64,000 nucleotides of DNA from Bacteroidales bacterium (GTDB lineage: Bacteria; Bacteroidota; Bacteroidia; Bacteroidales; UBA4417): the NCBI GenBank assembly GCA_038213495.1, contig JBBQSY010000001.1, positions 30,800 to 94,799 on the forward strand, written 5' to 3'. The translations under genes were made by a program, and so were the position numbers. Below the pieces are notes generated by a model. That model was not told the origin of the DNA, made no database searches, and was given only the letters and a program-made list of their open reading frames with translations. This document shows, in pieces, positions 61,801-64,000 of the stretch (position 1 is the stretch's first letter; every line of letters starts with the position of its first letter).

Positions 61801-62676
61801 GTGATTTCCGATCTGAAACTGAGATTCGGTTATGGTATTACCGGTCAGCAGGATGGTATAGGCAATTATCTTCATATACCGGGTTATACCGTAAGTGGCC
61901 TGAATTATCAATACGGCGTCGGATCTAACGACTATTCAACCGTTTGGCCAAGTGTTTATAATCCCGATCTGAAATGGGAACAGACTGCCACTACCAATAT
62001 CGGGTTGGACTTCGGCTTACTGAATAACCGTATATACGGTAGTATTGATTCCTACTATAAAAAAACCAAGGACCTGCTGAATAATACTACCATCCCTTTG
62101 GGCGTGAATTTTGCCAGTTCAATGCTCCTCAATATCGGCAGCATGGAGAATATGGGCCTGGAACTTGCCCTTAAAGGAATTCCAATTCAGAATGATAATC
62201 TCTCGTGGGATGTTAATTTCAGCTTTACCTACAACCTGAATAAAATCACGCATCTGAACAATGCTTCGGATGGAGGAGTTGGTCTCTTCAGCAACGCAAC
62301 CTTAGTGAACACGGTTGGATACAGCCGGAATACATTTTATTTATATCACCAGGTTTACGATATGAATGGTAAACCTATTGAAGACCAGATGCTACATATA
62401 AATAAAGATGGCCTGACCAATGCGAGCGACAGGTACATTACATCTAAATCAGCTTTGCCTAAGTATATAATGGGATTCAGTACAAATCTTCAATATAAAA
62501 AATGGAATGCAGGAGCATCATTTCACTCAAATATAGGTCACTACCTGTTTTACAAACCTTACGATAATACCATTTCCATGACTGGTTGGCAGGAATCACA
62601 GAACCTGACGACAATGTACTATGAAAGCCTTTTCAGTCATAATAATCAATATGAGAGCTACAGCCACCATTGCTGA
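61801..62676 (+). pseudogene. SusC/RagA-family TonB-dependent receptor, internal fragment only
   Basis: The translation matches the C-terminal third of SusC-type barrels (LKLRFGYGITGQQ, NPDLKWEQT, YYKKTKDLL). It lacks the plug and N-terminal barrel (a stop codon lies immediately upstream) and lacks the terminal strand. Confidence 0.75.
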
Positions 62677-62956
62677 TCTGGCGGCAAACTTAACAGATAT
62701 GGCTTCCCGTTATAATAAAGAAGTGATGGTTGTTGAAGTTGGAGGTGATTACACTTTAGTAGAGAATACGTATGATATGCTGGTGGAAGTTATAAAAGCT
62801 GTTAAAGCTGTTCCCGGCCACAAAGGACTCGGAGTTATATATTGGGAACCCGAAGGTGAAAAAAGCTGGAGTCAATACCAGTTAAATTGCTGGCAATCTG
62901 AGGGTAAACCCTCCCCTGCCCTGGATGCATTTTTAACAGGTGCTCCGGAAAAGTAG
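62650..62956 (+). pseudogene. GH53 endo-beta-1,4-galactanase, C-terminal fragment only
   Basis: About 100 aa (KEVMVVEVGG...GLGVIYWEPEG...) match the nucleophile-containing C-terminal part of GH53. There is no N-terminal half, and it abuts the SusC fragment in another frame. Confidence 0.65.
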
Positions 62957-63154
62957 TCAGAAAGTTTTCTTGAAACACATGATTAGCAATCCTTTCATAT
63001 TCAGTGCCAGATTATTATCAGATAGGTAAACAACCTTTGATTATTCACAGCAGGGATACTTCTCTGCCTTTTTTGATTTATAAATCCTCTACCACTCACT
63101 ACTTATATATATATTATTAATGAAAAAAAAGTAAAATTATTTTTTGATGTAAAA

Positions 63155-63176
63155 TATTTCGTATTTTTGCGAAATA
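63155..63176. promoter_or_regulatory. Inverted repeat TATTTCG-N8-CGAAATA enclosing a -7 box (TATTTTTG, 63162-63169), upstream of the ArsR-family gene
   Basis: Read directly. It lies 12-33 nt upstream of the ATG. Confidence 0.4.
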
Positions 63177-63187
63177 CAAAATGAAAA

Positions 63188-63511
63188 ATGAATATACCCT
63201 ATTCCGAAGTGCAGGTAAAACTGGCAAGATTCGCCAAAGCGATGGGTCATCCCGCCCGGATTAAAATACTCGAAATCCTGTCAGACCGCGGTTGCTGCTA
63301 CAGCGGCAATATAGCCGATGAATTCCCTATTGCGCTTTCCACCCTTTCGCAACACCTGAAGGAGCTAAAATCGGCAGGACTTATACAGGGAGAAATCAAT
63401 CCGCCCTTTATTAAATATTGTATTAACCAGGAGAATTGGAAGCTGGCAAAACAGCTTATGGATTCTTTTCTTGCAGATAAAAAAGATGCAACTGTCTCTT
63501 GCACTATATAA
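63188..63511 (+). CDS. ArsR/SmtB-family metalloregulatory transcription factor
   Basis: 107 aa with wHTH (LAKAMGHPARIKILEIL...VGDIA-like NIADEF...STLSQHLKELKSAGL) and CC at the alpha3 position (RGCCYSG). Confidence 0.85.
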   Translation: MNIPYSEVQVKLARFAKAMGHPARIKILEILSDRGCCYSGNIADEFPIALSTLSQHLKELKSAGLIQGEINPPFIKYCINQENWKLAKQLMDSFLADKKDATVSCTI

Positions 63512-64000
63512 AAAGGGAATCTCCCGTTTTAATTCAGATAAAGGCAGATGCCTGCAATTATTGCTGCTGCCTGCATGGTTCCTGCTTTATTTCAATCTGC
63601 AGTGGCTAACTGATAAACTGGTTTTTGAAACTTTCGGTCTGCCTGCCGGGAAACACTTAACAGAGGCTCTCCGCTTTTTTATTTTTGAAGTACCCAAGGT
63701 ATTGTTACTACTCACACTAATAATTTTTATTGTGGGCATAATCCGGACCTATTTTTCGCCCGAACGCACACGTAAAGCGCTGGAAGGCAAGTCATTATTT
63801 ACCGGAAATGTAATGGCTGCCTCGCTGGGCATTGTAACGCCTTTCTGCTCCTGTTCAGCCATACCTTTATTCCTTGGGTTTATCGAATCGGGTATTCCTT
63901 TGGGAGTTACGTTTTCGTTCCTGATCGCTGCACCCATGATAAACGAGGTAGCGGTTGTGTTGCTTTTCGGTTTGTTCGGATGGAAAACCGCCCTTATTTA
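63486..64000 (+). CDS. Permease (COG0701-type, arsenic/redox-island associated), 3' end outside the window
   Basis: I translated this frame by hand, and it is open from ATG 63486 to the window edge. Motifs are GNVMAASLGIVTPFCSCSAIPLFLGF and SFLIAAPMINE. It overlaps the ArsR gene by 26 nt. Confidence 0.7.
   Translation, partial: MQLSLALYKKGISRFNSDKGRCLQLLLLPAWFLLYFNLQWLTDKLVFETFGLPAGKHLTEALRFFIFEVPKVLLLLTLIIFIVGIIRTYFSPERTRKALEGKSLFTGNVMAASLGIVTPFCSCSAIPLFLGFIESGIPLGVTFSFLIAAPMINEVAVVLLFGLFGWKTALI

Noticed and set aside
61648-61911. 87-aa minus-strand ORF at the left edge of the SusC fragment
   Set aside because: The peptide is AT-rich and I/F/Y-rich, lies antisense to the SusC-homologous frame and has no supporting motif.

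Overview
The window reads as a chromosomal segment of a Bacteroidota genome. Supporting signs are a SusC-type receptor fragment, a T9SS C-terminal sorting domain, TAnnTTTG -7 promoter boxes and lipoprotein signal peptides. I support about 60 protein-coding genes, mostly housekeeping: etfB(partial)-etfA-acyl-CoA dehydrogenase, clpC, gyrA, glgB, trkH/trkA, a RelA-type RSH, floA-nfeD, clpS, mutL, uvrB, cysQ, ndk, trmD, rplS and lplA. Accessory content is limited to three items. One is an intact IS4-family insertion with 20-bp terminal inverted repeats and a 9-bp target-site duplication. The second is a HigB/HigA-like toxin-antitoxin pair. The third is a decayed polysaccharide-utilisation remnant, a SusC fragment joined to a GH53 fragment. 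I found no rRNA, tRNA or CRISPR array. The most unusual feature is a ~0.95-kb ORF-free segment at about 20369-21320, between a 159-aa hypothetical gene and trkA, that looks more GC-rich than its flanks. Read on the minus strand it is purine-rich, packed with short GNRA-capped (GAAA/GCAA) hairpins and repeated hairpin modules, and ends in a strong intrinsic terminator. I propose it as a candidate large structured ncRNA of unknown class. Secondary points are listed here. A 0.9-kb AT-rich intergenic region carries five copies of a palindromic ACA-WW-TGTAA motif upstream of an XRE-type regulator. A DUF1338 (HglS-type) gene lies near a YdiJ-like FAD/Fe-S dehydrogenase. A (GTGAAAA)7 microsatellite overlaps a stop codon. 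Candidate operators precede an NrtR-like and an ArsR-like regulator. All functional calls come from reading the supplied translations for family motifs. No database search was run.
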